NCBI GenBank assembly: GCA_934248075.1 | Contig: CAKQKH010000006.1 | Span: 13,474 to 77,473 of the forward strand | DNA from: an uncultured Alphaproteobacteria bacterium | GTDB lineage: Bacteria > Pseudomonadota > Alphaproteobacteria > RF32 > CAG-239 | Length of the DNA stretch: 64,000 nt | Direction: 5' to 3' | Shown: positions 1 to 8,760 of the stretch, one piece after another | Position numbering within the stretch: position 1 is the stretch's first letter | Layout of the letters: each line of letters starts with the position of its first letter | Program-made: the position numbers and the translations under genes | The notes under the pieces: generated by a model | Told to the model about the DNA's origin: nothing | Seen by the model: only the letters and a program-made list of their open reading frames with translations | Database searches by the model: none

Positions 1-3000
1 CCGCTATTGCTCAGACATCTACTCTGCGCTCTCGCGTTCCGTTCATGCATTTCTTTGACGGTTTCCGCACTTCTCACGAAATTAAGAAAATTAAATTGTT
101 GTCTGATGATGATCTGCGCGCCATGTTGGAAGGCGTAGATTACCAGTTCAACGCCAAACATGCTCTGCGTCCTGAAGCTCCGGTTATCCGCGGTACTGCT
201 CAAAACCCTGATGTATTCTTCCAGGGTCGCGAGGCTGCCAACCCCTACTACAATCAGGTTGAAACCATTGTTCAGGAAGAGATGGACAAGTTTGCCAAGA
301 TTTCCGGCCGCCAGTACAAAGTTGTTGACTATGTCGGACCGGCTGATGCCGAACAGGTTATCGCCATTATGGGTTCTGGCGCCGAGACTGTTGAAGAGAC
401 CATTAACTACCTCAACAACAACGGCTACAAAGTCGGCTTGCTGAAAGTTCATTTGTATCGTCCGTTCCCGAGCAAGTCTTTCATTAAGGCTCTGCCGGCT
501 TCGGTTAAAGTTATCAATGTTTTGGATCGCACCAAAGAGTCCGGCTCTATCGGTGAACCTCTGTATTTGGATATTGTTGCTACCATGACTCAGGCTTTTG
601 CCAATGGCGAAGTTGCCTCTATGCCGCGTATTTACGGCGGCCGTTATGGTTTGTCTTCTAAAGAATTCACTCCGGGTATGGTTCGCGCCGTATATGACAA
701 CGGTGCCTCTGCCAAACCGATTAATGGTTTCTCGGTTGGTATCAATGATGATGTCAACCACACTTCTCTGCCTTACAGCGATGATATCGACACTGAGGGC
801 AAAGATGTTGTCCGCGCCGTATTTTATGGCTTGGGCGCTGATGGTACTGTCGGTGCCAACAAGAACTCCATTAAGATTATTGCTGAAGACGCCGGCAAAT
901 ATGGTCAGGGTTACTTTGTATATGACTCTCGCAAATCCGGCTCTATGACCACATCTCACCTGCGTTTCTCCGATAATCCGATTAAAGCCGCTTATCTGAT
1001 TAACAAAGCTGACTTTGTGGCTTGTCACCAGTTCCCGTTCATGGCCAAGGTAGATATTCTGAAGATTGCCAAACCCGGCGCCACCTTCCTGTTGAATGCC
1101 CCATATGCGGCTGAGGAAGTATGGGATCACCTGCCGATTGAGGTTCAGCAAGAGATTATTGAGAAAAAACTCAATCTCTACACCATCAACGCTGTGGAAG
1201 TTGCGCGCGAGACCGGCATGGGTCAACGCATCAACACCATCATGCAGGCTTGTTTCTTTGCAATTTCTAACATTTTGCCCAAAGAAGAAGCCATTGAACA
1301 GATTAAAAACGCCATTAAGAAAACTTATAGCAAAAAAGGCGACGCCATTGTTCAAAAGAACTTTGCCGCTGTTGATGCCTCTCTGGCTCACATGCACAAA
1401 GTTGAATACCCGCATGAAGTTACCTCCAAATTCCATCGTCATTTGCCGGTTCCGGCTGATGCTCCGGAATTTGTTCGCAAAGTTACCGGTGAAATCATTG
1501 CCAACCGTGGCGATGAGCTTCCGGTCAGCGCTTTTGAGCAGGTTGTTGACGGCACCTGGCCGACCGGCACCACTCAGTATGAAAAACGCTGCATTGCTAC
1601 CGAAATTCCGGTATGGGATCCTGACACCTGTATTCAGTGCGGCAAATGCTCTCTGGTCTGCCCGCATGGTGTTATCCGCATGAAAGTTGCCTCGGCTGAA
1701 GAACTCAAGAACGCTCCGGCCGGCTTAAAGCACGCTGCCTACAAGGGCAAAGAGTTTGCCGGCAAAGAGTTCATCTTGCAGATTTCTCCTGAAGACTGCA
1801 CCGGCTGCGGTATTTGTACCTCTGCCTGCCCGGCCAAGAACAAAGCCAATCCGGAACGCAAGGCTCTGAACATGGATCACATTGAAAACCACTTGGACAC
1901 TGAAGTTGCCAACTGGAAGTTCTTTGAGACATTGCCTTATGTCAAGAGAACCGAAGTTGCCAAGAATCTGCCCAAGACCACTCAGATGATTCAGCCGTTG
2001 TTTGAATTCTCCGGCGCTTGCGCTGGCTGCGGTGAAACTCCGTATGTCAAACTGCTGACTCAGCTGTTTGGTGACCGTATGGTTGTGGCCAACGCTACCG
2101 GATGTTCTTCTATTTACTCCGGCAACCTGCCGACCACTCCTTATGCCAAAGATGAAAAAGGCCATGGTCCGGCTTGGTCAAACTCCTTGTTTGAAGACAA
2201 TGCCGAATTTGGTTTGGGTATGCGTTTTTCAATTGATCAGCAGACTCACTTTGCCAAGACCATGCTTGAAGGCCTGAAAGACAAAGTTGGTGCCGAGTTG
2301 GTTGAAAAACTGTTGAACAACCCGCAATCTACCGACGTTGAGATTGATGAACAGCGCGCTCTGGTTAAACAGCTGCGTGATAAATTGGCCGGCATCAACA
2401 CTGCCGAGGCCAAACACCTCGACAAACTGGCCGACTACCTGATTAAGAAATCCGTTTGGATTTTGGGCGGCGACGGCTGGGCTTATGATATTGGTTTCGG
2501 CGGCTTGGATCATGCCATTGCCTCCGGCAAAAACATCAATATTCTGGTAATGGATACCGGCGTATATTCCAACACCGGCGGTCAACAGTCCAAAGCCACC
2601 CCGATGGGTGCTTCGGCCAAGTTCGCCACTGCCGGCAAGGCTCTGCCTAAAAAAGATTTGGCTATGATTGCCATGTCTTACGGCAATGTTTACGTTGCGC
2701 AAGTATCCTTCGGCGCCAACGATACTCAGTTGATCAAAGCTATGAATGAGGCCGAGGCTTATGACGGCCCGTCCATCATCATTGCTTACTCTCACTGTAT
2801 TGCTCAAGGTTTCAATCTGGCTGATGGTCTGAACCACCAAAAGGCCGCTGTTGAATCCGGTTCTTGGCCGTTGTATCGTTACAATCCGGATAACATCAAA
2901 GAAGGCAAAGCTCCTCTGATGTTGGATTCCAAAGCCCCGACCAAACCTTTGGCCGAATATATGGCTAACGAAACCCGTTTCCAGATTGTCAACAAGCAAA

Positions 3001-3101
3001 ATCCGGAACGCTATGAGCATCTGGTTGAAAAGGCTCAGGAGAATGTTAATGAAAAACGTTCTCTGCTGGAACACATGGCTGAATTTAAGGTTGCCGAATA
3101 A
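1..3101 (+). CDS. nifJ: pyruvate:ferredoxin/flavodoxin oxidoreductase, single-polypeptide NifJ/YdbK type; N-terminus lies off the window (frame enters at base 3)
   Basis: ORF 45..3101 stays open back to base 3 (AIAQTSTLRSRVPF before MHFFDGFRTSHE). Two 4Fe-4S boxes are present (CIQCGKCSLVCP, CTGCGICTSACP) and a TPP-binding block (GGDGWAYDIGFGGLDH). The ORF is 1018 aa and the upstream part is missing. A hairpin terminator follows. Confidence 0.95.
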   Translation, partial: AIAQTSTLRSRVPFMHFFDGFRTSHEIKKIKLLSDDDLRAMLEGVDYQFNAKHALRPEAPVIRGTAQNPDVFFQGREAANPYYNQVETIVQEEMDKFAKISGRQYKVVDYVGPADAEQVIAIMGSGAETVEETINYLNNNGYKVGLLKVHLYRPFPSKSFIKALPASVKVINVLDRTKESGSIGEPLYLDIVATMTQAFANGEVASMPRIYGGRYGLSSKEFTPGMVRAVYDNGASAKPINGFSVGINDDVNHTSLPYSDDIDTEGKDVVRAVFYGLGADGTVGANKNSIKIIAEDAGKYGQGYFVYDSRKSGSMTTSHLRFSDNPIKAAYLINKADFVACHQFPFMAKVDILKIAKPGATFLLNAPYAAEEVWDHLPIEVQQEIIEKKLNLYTINAVEVARETGMGQRINTIMQACFFAISNILPKEEAIEQIKNAIKKTYSKKGDAIVQKNFAAVDASLAHMHKVEYPHEVTSKFHRHLPVPADAPEFVRKVTGEIIANRGDELPVSAFEQVVDGTWPTGTTQYEKRCIATEIPVWDPDTCIQCGKCSLVCPHGVIRMKVASAEELKNAPAGLKHAAYKGKEFAGKEFILQISPEDCTGCGICTSACPAKNKANPERKALNMDHIENHLDTEVANWKFFETLPYVKRTEVAKNLPKTTQMIQPLFEFSGACAGCGETPYVKLLTQLFGDRMVVANATGCSSIYSGNLPTTPYAKDEKGHGPAWSNSLFEDNAEFGLGMRFSIDQQTHFAKTMLEGLKDKVGAELVEKLLNNPQSTDVEIDEQRALVKQLRDKLAGINTAEAKHLDKLADYLIKKSVWILGGDGWAYDIGFGGLDHAIASGKNINILVMDTGVYSNTGGQQSKATPMGASAKFATAGKALPKKDLAMIAMSYGNVYVAQVSFGANDTQLIKAMNEAEAYDGPSIIIAYSHCIAQGFNLADGLNHQKAAVESGSWPLYRYNPDNIKEGKAPLMLDSKAPTKPLAEYMANETRFQIVNKQNPERYEHLVEKAQENVNEKRSLLEHMAEFKVAE

Positions 3102-3121
3102 GCAGTCTTAAACCAAGCAAT

Positions 3122-3156
3122 AAAAAACCTCTCACCGTTTGGTGAGAGGTTTTTTG
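3122..3156. terminator. bidirectional rho-independent terminator between nifJ and the convergent 3161..4120 gene
   Basis: A-run, 9-bp stem cctctcacc / ggtgagagg with loop gttt, then a T-run. Confidence 0.8.
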
Positions 3157-3160
3157 TTTG

Positions 3161-4120
3161 CTACAACAAACCAAGATCAAGCAAATCTTGTTTTGTCGTT
3201 TCAACCAACTTGATAATTTTTTGCCGTTCGATTTTCGCGTCTCGAACTTTTGCGCACAAGCTGGCGTTTCTTTGCGAGCTGATTTTCATTCCCAGCTCCG
3301 TTTTAATGCCAAAATATTTCCATATTTTAGGCTCATTACAGCACATTGCATAGCCGTAACTTATAAAATACAGAAGCTCGTCTTTGCCCGGCAAATCAAC
3401 TCTGCTTTCAACGGAAAGCCGCAACCCGTCAGGATATTTCATCATTCTTGATCGAACAATATTTCCGATGATCATATCCACGGCATACCCGCTCGGCCCC
3501 AACACATCGCTGTCCAGATAGCGCTTTTCAGGCCTGATTGAAGGCGTTTCCCAAAAACAAAACTCAATTTGCGGAAATATCGGCACAATCGTCTGCGCGG
3601 CCAAAAGCGAACATCCGACTGCGGTAATCGCCAACACCTTAAGCTTTCCCTGATGTGGAATATTCACCACCGCGGCGTTCAGCTTGTCTGTCAGCCTAAT
3701 CCGCGCTTTGGTATGATGCCGCATCACCCAATCAGGCTCAAAACCAAGCTCCAGCATTATGTTTTCATAACACTCTGCCTTGTTTTTGCCTTGTAGCCAG
3801 CCACCGGCAAAAGCTCCGCCGCAAGTCAAAAAATCAGGATAAACTCCGTATTTTTCTCGATGTCTGAGCGCCGCTTCCGCCGCACAAATCGTGATAGATA
3901 AGGACTCACCCCATACCAGCATCGCATCAACCTTAGGAATATTAAGCGCTGAGCAAGATGGAACAATCAAATCCTCCTGACTGAGAATTGTTGAAAAATT
4001 CCTGCCTTTGTCCGCGATAATCATTTGCTCCATAGATAGCGGATTGCGCAAAGCCGAATAGGTTGCTTTCTTTTCCATTCTTTGCAGAATTCCAATCTCT
4101 GCGTTTGATAATTTATTCAT
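3161..4120 (-). CDS. hypothetical protein, possible YdcF/ElyC-like (DUF218) fold
   Basis: 319-aa ORF. The central block LVWGES..LTCGGAFAGG..KAECYENIMLELGFEPDWV..KVLAITAVGCSLLA..EKRYL..GPSGY loosely parallels E. coli YdcF as I remember it. The assignment is tentative. Confidence 0.55.
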   Translation of the reverse strand: MNKLSNAEIGILQRMEKKATYSALRNPLSMEQMIIADKGRNFSTILSQEDLIVPSCSALNIPKVDAMLVWGESLSITICAAEAALRHREKYGVYPDFLTCGGAFAGGWLQGKNKAECYENIMLELGFEPDWVMRHHTKARIRLTDKLNAAVVNIPHQGKLKVLAITAVGCSLLAAQTIVPIFPQIEFCFWETPSIRPEKRYLDSDVLGPSGYAVDMIIGNIVRSRMMKYPDGLRLSVESRVDLPGKDELLYFISYGYAMCCNEPKIWKYFGIKTELGMKISSQRNASLCAKVRDAKIERQKIIKLVETTKQDLLDLGLL

Positions 4121-4289
4121 AACTAAATATAATTAAATGTTTGAACCCGAGCTTAACATTCCATTTTCGACTTTGCAAGACAAATTTTACAGAAATTTAA
4201 CCAAAATAAACATAATTTAATTGACAAAACCCCCTTAACGATTATAAACTCGCTCTTACATTTATATATTTAATTTTAATTATTTTACT

Positions 4290-4946
4290 ATGAAAGGATT
4301 TTTTACAACCCCAAACGAGTGCATCAGTCGCAAAGAGGCTAAAGCATGGTTCGATGAACACAACGTATATGGTGATATTGATCTCTGTATTGTTACACTC
4401 GATGATGACAACAATACAACTTTTGCCGCATGGCGCTGTCTGAACAAAAAGACAATGCAGCTGTGTCCGGCCTTCAAAGCTCCGGAACTTCGGCCGCAAG
4501 CCGCCGGAAAAGTGGCCCAAATAACGCCAATCATTGAAGACAGTGTTTTTGCCTCTTATGGGCAATATTACACCGTCAAAAAAGGTGAACTTCGTCGCAT
4601 TGACACCATTTACAATGAAGACATTATATGCCAGATTGCATCTTTGTTTTCTGATGATGACGATGACACGACCGAATTTCATTTAGTGCGGGTATATCCG
4701 ACAAAAAACAACGCTGCCCAAAAATCGGTATGCTGTTGGAGCTGGCTGGACAAAAACAAAATGTTAAATATCCATCCGGTTTTTATGGAGGATAAAGAGA
4801 TCATCGTTCGAAACTTGCCGAATATCAAGTGTGAGCCGATGGTTGCGCAATATGACGTTTTTGAGCGCGATGGTTTCATTTGGCGTGTTGGCATAGGCGA
4901 TTATGGCATGGAGATTATGCCGTTTACAAGTTCATACAAATCTTAA
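4290..4946 (+). CDS. hypothetical protein, orphan family (paralog A of a tandem pair)
   Basis: 218-aa ORF. A promoter-like TTGACA (4221-4226), 16-nt spacer and TATAAA (4243-4248) lie upstream. Motifs are collinear with the next ORF. No TM segment or signal peptide. Confidence 0.6.
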   Translation: MKGFFTTPNECISRKEAKAWFDEHNVYGDIDLCIVTLDDDNNTTFAAWRCLNKKTMQLCPAFKAPELRPQAAGKVAQITPIIEDSVFASYGQYYTVKKGELRRIDTIYNEDIICQIASLFSDDDDDTTEFHLVRVYPTKNNAAQKSVCCWSWLDKNKMLNIHPVFMEDKEIIVRNLPNIKCEPMVAQYDVFERDGFIWRVGIGDYGMEIMPFTSSYKS

Positions 4947-4951
4947 AACAT

Positions 4952-5632
4952 ATGGTAAACTACATTGATCCGCCGCATTGCCAGATTGCTAATCAGGCCG
5001 CAGCCAAACGACAATTCCGCCGATATTTGCACCGCACCACCGCTCCTGTGCCTTATCTTTTCAGCTATCAAGACACTAATTACAAAAATGTCTTTTGGCT
5101 GGAAGAAGAAAAAAACCGCAATGTTTGTTATCAGCTGCCGGCCTTTGACACCAATGGCGATGACACGCTGTTTTTCAGCGAAAAAGAGCGCACCCAATTA
5201 AAGGAAGGAAGCTTTTTTTGCTATCAGGGTGAATATTACACCATGATAAATGACGGCAAAAACGGCTTAGCGTTGAAGCAAATAAGCGTCATCGACACTC
5301 CGGAAATGTTGGCCACCGTCGCTAACTACTGGAATCTGGGCCCTTGCCAGTTTATTCTGTGCAAAGCCTATGAGATAAGCAGAGAACACACCTTCATTGC
5401 TTATGTCTGGAGTGGTTATCGTTATAATGAACAAACCGACACGCATCTAAGAGCGCCGTTGGCTGTTTTTCCTGATGACGATAACAAATTGCTGCACCGC
5501 GATCCTTGGAATCTTCACTACATTGTTGTCAACCCCGGAGAAATTATCTCCCACAATGGCAAACAGTATGTAGCGAAAATTAACGAGCAAGGCGTCTATA
5601 TTGACAGCTTGCCGTTTAAGATCTTAGAATAA
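4952..5632 (+). CDS. hypothetical protein, orphan family (paralog B of a tandem pair)
   Basis: The track ORF 4880..5632 overlaps the upstream gene. The in-frame ATG at 4952 (MVNYIDPP) lies 5 nt after the upstream stop. The product is 226 aa and a hairpin terminator follows. Confidence 0.6.
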   Translation: MVNYIDPPHCQIANQAAAKRQFRRYLHRTTAPVPYLFSYQDTNYKNVFWLEEEKNRNVCYQLPAFDTNGDDTLFFSEKERTQLKEGSFFCYQGEYYTMINDGKNGLALKQISVIDTPEMLATVANYWNLGPCQFILCKAYEISREHTFIAYVWSGYRYNEQTDTHLRAPLAVFPDDDNKLLHRDPWNLHYIVVNPGEIISHNGKQYVAKINEQGVYIDSLPFKILE

Positions 5633-5637
5633 AGAAA

Positions 5638-5663
5638 GGAGACCGTAAGGCCTCCTTTTTTTT
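5638..5663. terminator. hairpin terminator shared by the 4952..5632 gene and convergent pepA
   Basis: ggagacc gtaa ggcctcc (one mismatch) followed by T8. The pepA stop codon sits in the T-run. Confidence 0.7.
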
Positions 5664-7119
5664 ATTTATTGATATAGGCATTAAGCAGCCGCACTCCCCA
5701 GGCTGTTGCCCCTTTAGGACACATTGGTGAGCCTTTGGCTTCTTTATCAACTCCGGCAATATCCAAATGCGCCCAACGCACTCCTTTCTGCACAAAGCGC
5801 TCCAAGAAACACGCCGCCGTACTGCCGCCGGCGTTAACCCCGCCGATATTTTTCATATCCGCAAAATCAGAATCCAACTGGCGGTTATATTCAGCGTTTA
5901 TCGGCATCCGCCACAGTTCTTCGCCGCTGATTTTGCCGGCGGCAATCAAATTATCCGCCAGCCGGTCATTATTGGCAAAGATTCCCGCATATTGGTCGCC
6001 CAGCGCTCGCATTGTTGCGCCGGTAAGAGTGGCAATATCGATAATTTCCGACACCTTATAGAGCCGCTGCACATAAGTCATTATATCTGCCAACACCAAA
6101 CGTCCTTCAGCATCGGTGTTAATAATCTCCACCGTCTGTCCGGACAAAGATACGGCGATATCACCAGGCTTGGTCGCTCCGCCGGAAGGCATATTTTCCA
6201 CCAACCCGACAATGCCGATTACATTTTTTCTGGCGCATTGCAAAGCCAAAATCTTCAAACTGGCCGTAACCGCCGCCGCGCCGGTCATATCATGTTTCAT
6301 ATCTTCCATGCCTTTGGACGGCTGGAGCGATATGCCGCCGCTGTCAAAGGTAACTCCTTTGCCGACCAGAGCCAAATCCCACTTGTCAGACTGCGGATTG
6401 CCTTTCCATTTAATCACCGCAACTTTCGGCTTTTGAACCGAACCCTGCGCCACCGCCATCAGCAGGCCAAAACCTTTTTCTTTTAATTCTGCCGCGTCCA
6501 AAACATCAATTTCCAGCCCCAGATACTCCAATCGTTTTATATCGGCCGCAAACACCTCCGGCGTCAGATAATTAGCCGGCTCGTTACACAAATCGCGAGC
6601 ATAGCGCACACCATTTGCCAACGCAGCCAAATTCTTAAAATTTTCATTCACTTGCGCCGGATTTTTAACCTTAAAAATCACTTGTTCCAAATTCGGATAA
6701 TCTTCGGCTTTTTTGGTGGTAAAATATTTATCAAAACGATATGTTCCTAGCATCGCGCCAAAAGCTAAATAATGCGCAATCTGCTCTTCGCTCAGCGCGC
6801 AATTTTTAATCGGCTCGACATAATAAGCCGCCACTTCGTCCTTAAACAATCTTTGTGCCAGAGCCGCTCCGATTTTGCATAACTGTAATGGCGTCGGCTT
6901 TTTACCCAGTCCGACGGCAATAATTTTGCCATGCTTGCCGCAAACTTCGGCAAATTTGCCTCGCGCTCCGTCAAAACCGGTTTGCGCCGAGTATTTTCGC
7001 AACCAACCATTTTCTTCCGCGCTCAAAAATTTCGAATTAATTCTGCTTTTTTCGGCCACCCCGACAACCTTAACCGCTCCGGCTCCTATCCGACCGCTTG
7101 TAAATACAATCTCCAACAT
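5662..7119 (-). CDS. pepA: leucyl aminopeptidase (M17)
   Basis: 485 aa with the NTDAEGRL motif, VGKGVTFDSGG and a typical M17 C-terminal catalytic domain. Confidence 0.95.
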   Translation of the reverse strand: MLEIVFTSGRIGAGAVKVVGVAEKSRINSKFLSAEENGWLRKYSAQTGFDGARGKFAEVCGKHGKIIAVGLGKKPTPLQLCKIGAALAQRLFKDEVAAYYVEPIKNCALSEEQIAHYLAFGAMLGTYRFDKYFTTKKAEDYPNLEQVIFKVKNPAQVNENFKNLAALANGVRYARDLCNEPANYLTPEVFAADIKRLEYLGLEIDVLDAAELKEKGFGLLMAVAQGSVQKPKVAVIKWKGNPQSDKWDLALVGKGVTFDSGGISLQPSKGMEDMKHDMTGAAAVTASLKILALQCARKNVIGIVGLVENMPSGGATKPGDIAVSLSGQTVEIINTDAEGRLVLADIMTYVQRLYKVSEIIDIATLTGATMRALGDQYAGIFANNDRLADNLIAAGKISGEELWRMPINAEYNRQLDSDFADMKNIGGVNAGGSTAACFLERFVQKGVRWAHLDIAGVDKEAKGSPMCPKGATAWGVRLLNAYINK

Positions 7120-7292
7120 TTTTCGCTCCTTGTTTTATCAGTTTATCCCTAATATAATTCTTATCTCCTTAAAAAAGAATAAAATTTCATAACTTTCTCC
7201 ACATCATACAAATATTTATAGTATTTATTCCTAAAAGGTATATAATATAGACAACATATCGGAAATGATTATAGCAGAAAGGCTGGCTTTGC

Positions 7293-8345
7293 ATGCACCG
7301 ATTAAGCAAGAACAAACGCTGTGAGCATTATAATGTAGAACGCCGCTTTGTTGAGACGCTCCGCGACAAGCTGGACGCGCTGGCCAATGCCCAGCTTAAG
7401 GAAGATCGCCCCATTGGCAAAAACAAAAGCAAAAACAAATCAGCCGATAAGCAAGACAAAGGCAAAAAACGCACACAACCCAAAAGTATTAATTACCTCA
7501 AAACCGAAGTTCATCTTCTGCTCAATTCCGTGGATATCCACCCTCACAATTCACCTAATAACGCCCCATTAGCCAATCGGGAAGAAAGCTGGCTGATCCG
7601 TCTGGACTGGGATGGTATGTTTCATAAGCCCGCCGACACCGATTTTTCAGAGGCTTATGCCCGCGCTCGGCAAGAGGCCGCTGAGAATCAAGAACGTGAA
7701 GGCGGCGTTTCATCTCCCGACCGGTATAACGCCAAAGATTATCAGCTTAATCAATCTCCGTCCTGGCAGTTTATGAGCAAATTTGAAAATTACGCCAGTT
7801 GCCGACACAAAATATGCACTCAGTTGGCCAAACAAAATATCCCTCCGACAGTTGTTCCGCAGATGAATTTTTTTGATTTTTCCGAAGTACTTTATAATTG
7901 GAGCAAAGAACACCAAACCAAACCTTTTGAATGTTCCCGCTCCAAAAACCTCAAAATGTTTGCGGCCTGTTATGGAGAAGAATTTTCCAGAATTATGTCG
8001 ATGTTGCACTATTCTCATGAATATATTACCCGCACCAAAGACAAAATGCGTCAAGGCGTTTGCGATCCGCTTTTGAATTTTCATCATCAAACCAATGTCT
8101 CTCGTTTCAAAGAACTTGACAACACCAGCACTATCAATGATTTTTCCAATATGTTGCTGACTTTTGTGCAGCCGCATCATCGGGTATTGCACTTTGGCAA
8201 CGGCTATGATGCTCCTAAAGGACTGGTGTTTTTTGGCGGCTATGACCCGATTTACCAAATCAAACGCGACCCTGAGCGCGAGTTGCAATATCTGAGTCGC
8301 CACAACAAGAAAGCCTTTATCCGCTATGCAGAATCTTCTCGCTAA
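7293..8345 (+). CDS. hypothetical protein with a Lys-rich N-terminal region; no family recognised
   Basis: 350-aa ORF with a low-complexity GKNKSKNKSADKQDKGKKRTQPKS segment. The 3' end overlaps the next ORF by 20 nt. Confidence 0.6.
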   Translation: MHRLSKNKRCEHYNVERRFVETLRDKLDALANAQLKEDRPIGKNKSKNKSADKQDKGKKRTQPKSINYLKTEVHLLLNSVDIHPHNSPNNAPLANREESWLIRLDWDGMFHKPADTDFSEAYARARQEAAENQEREGGVSSPDRYNAKDYQLNQSPSWQFMSKFENYASCRHKICTQLAKQNIPPTVVPQMNFFDFSEVLYNWSKEHQTKPFECSRSKNLKMFAACYGEEFSRIMSMLHYSHEYITRTKDKMRQGVCDPLLNFHHQTNVSRFKELDNTSTINDFSNMLLTFVQPHHRVLHFGNGYDAPKGLVFFGGYDPIYQIKRDPERELQYLSRHNKKAFIRYAESSR

Positions 8346-8760
8346 AATCAGCCGGCTGGACAATGCCTATACCGGTTACAAGATTGATGCGCATGACATC
8401 ATTTTGTATCAACGATTTTTAATGGTTAATAAATTTCCCACTATGCCCGAAGATTTTATTAAACTTTTGCATGAATATAATTCTTTGTGCTTGGACGGCA
8501 TCAATCTGTTTGGCCTGCGCCCTCGCGGCAACAGTGAATTTGATATTATCAGTGAAAACGCCCTGATTAGCCATCCGCAAGCGCAAGACAATTTAATTTT
8601 AGGCTTTGATGAATTGGAATATCTGGTTTGGAATCAAGCCCAAAATTGTTATCAAACAATTGACAAAGACTCTTTTCAAGTGCTAAATACCTATAAAACT
8701 TGCGAAACTGCACTTTTAGAATTTTTGAAATTGAGCGATGACTACAAATATTTATACTGA
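8326..8760 (+). CDS. small protein resembling SMI1/KNR4 (SUKH-1) immunity-type proteins
   Basis: 144 aa. The block IDAHDIILYQRFL..FPTMPEDFIKLLHEYNSLCLDGINLFGL matches the N-terminal SUKH signature (ligand-like 'LP.dy..fl...NG....l.gl'), followed by LILGFDE..YLVWN. It overlaps both neighbours, by 20 nt upstream and 23 nt downstream. Confidence 0.5.
   Translation: MQNLLAKISRLDNAYTGYKIDAHDIILYQRFLMVNKFPTMPEDFIKLLHEYNSLCLDGINLFGLRPRGNSEFDIISENALISHPQAQDNLILGFDELEYLVWNQAQNCYQTIDKDSFQVLNTYKTCETALLEFLKLSDDYKYLY

Noticed and set aside
2229-3074. Long antisense ORFs inside recognisable genes. Examples are 2229..3074 and 1725..2165 in nifJ, 12948..13436 in uvrA, 19658..20245 in aas, 25709..26356 in tig, 39670..40245 in the RND gene, 47977..48474 in atpD and 53180..53875 in priA.
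   Set aside because: Each lies entirely within a gene whose product I recognise with high confidence on the other strand. The translations are low-complexity with no recognisable motifs and no start signals. They are typical shadow ORFs.
4880-4951. 5' extensions of track ORFs: 4880-4951, 11787-11804, 16013-16114, 23291-23305, 26659-26673, 35462-35467, 46558-46644, 59428-59475 and 62182-62265.
   Set aside because: In each case a downstream in-frame start has a better Shine-Dalgarno sequence, aligns with the family N-terminus, or has both. The extension overlaps a neighbouring gene, promoter or terminator.
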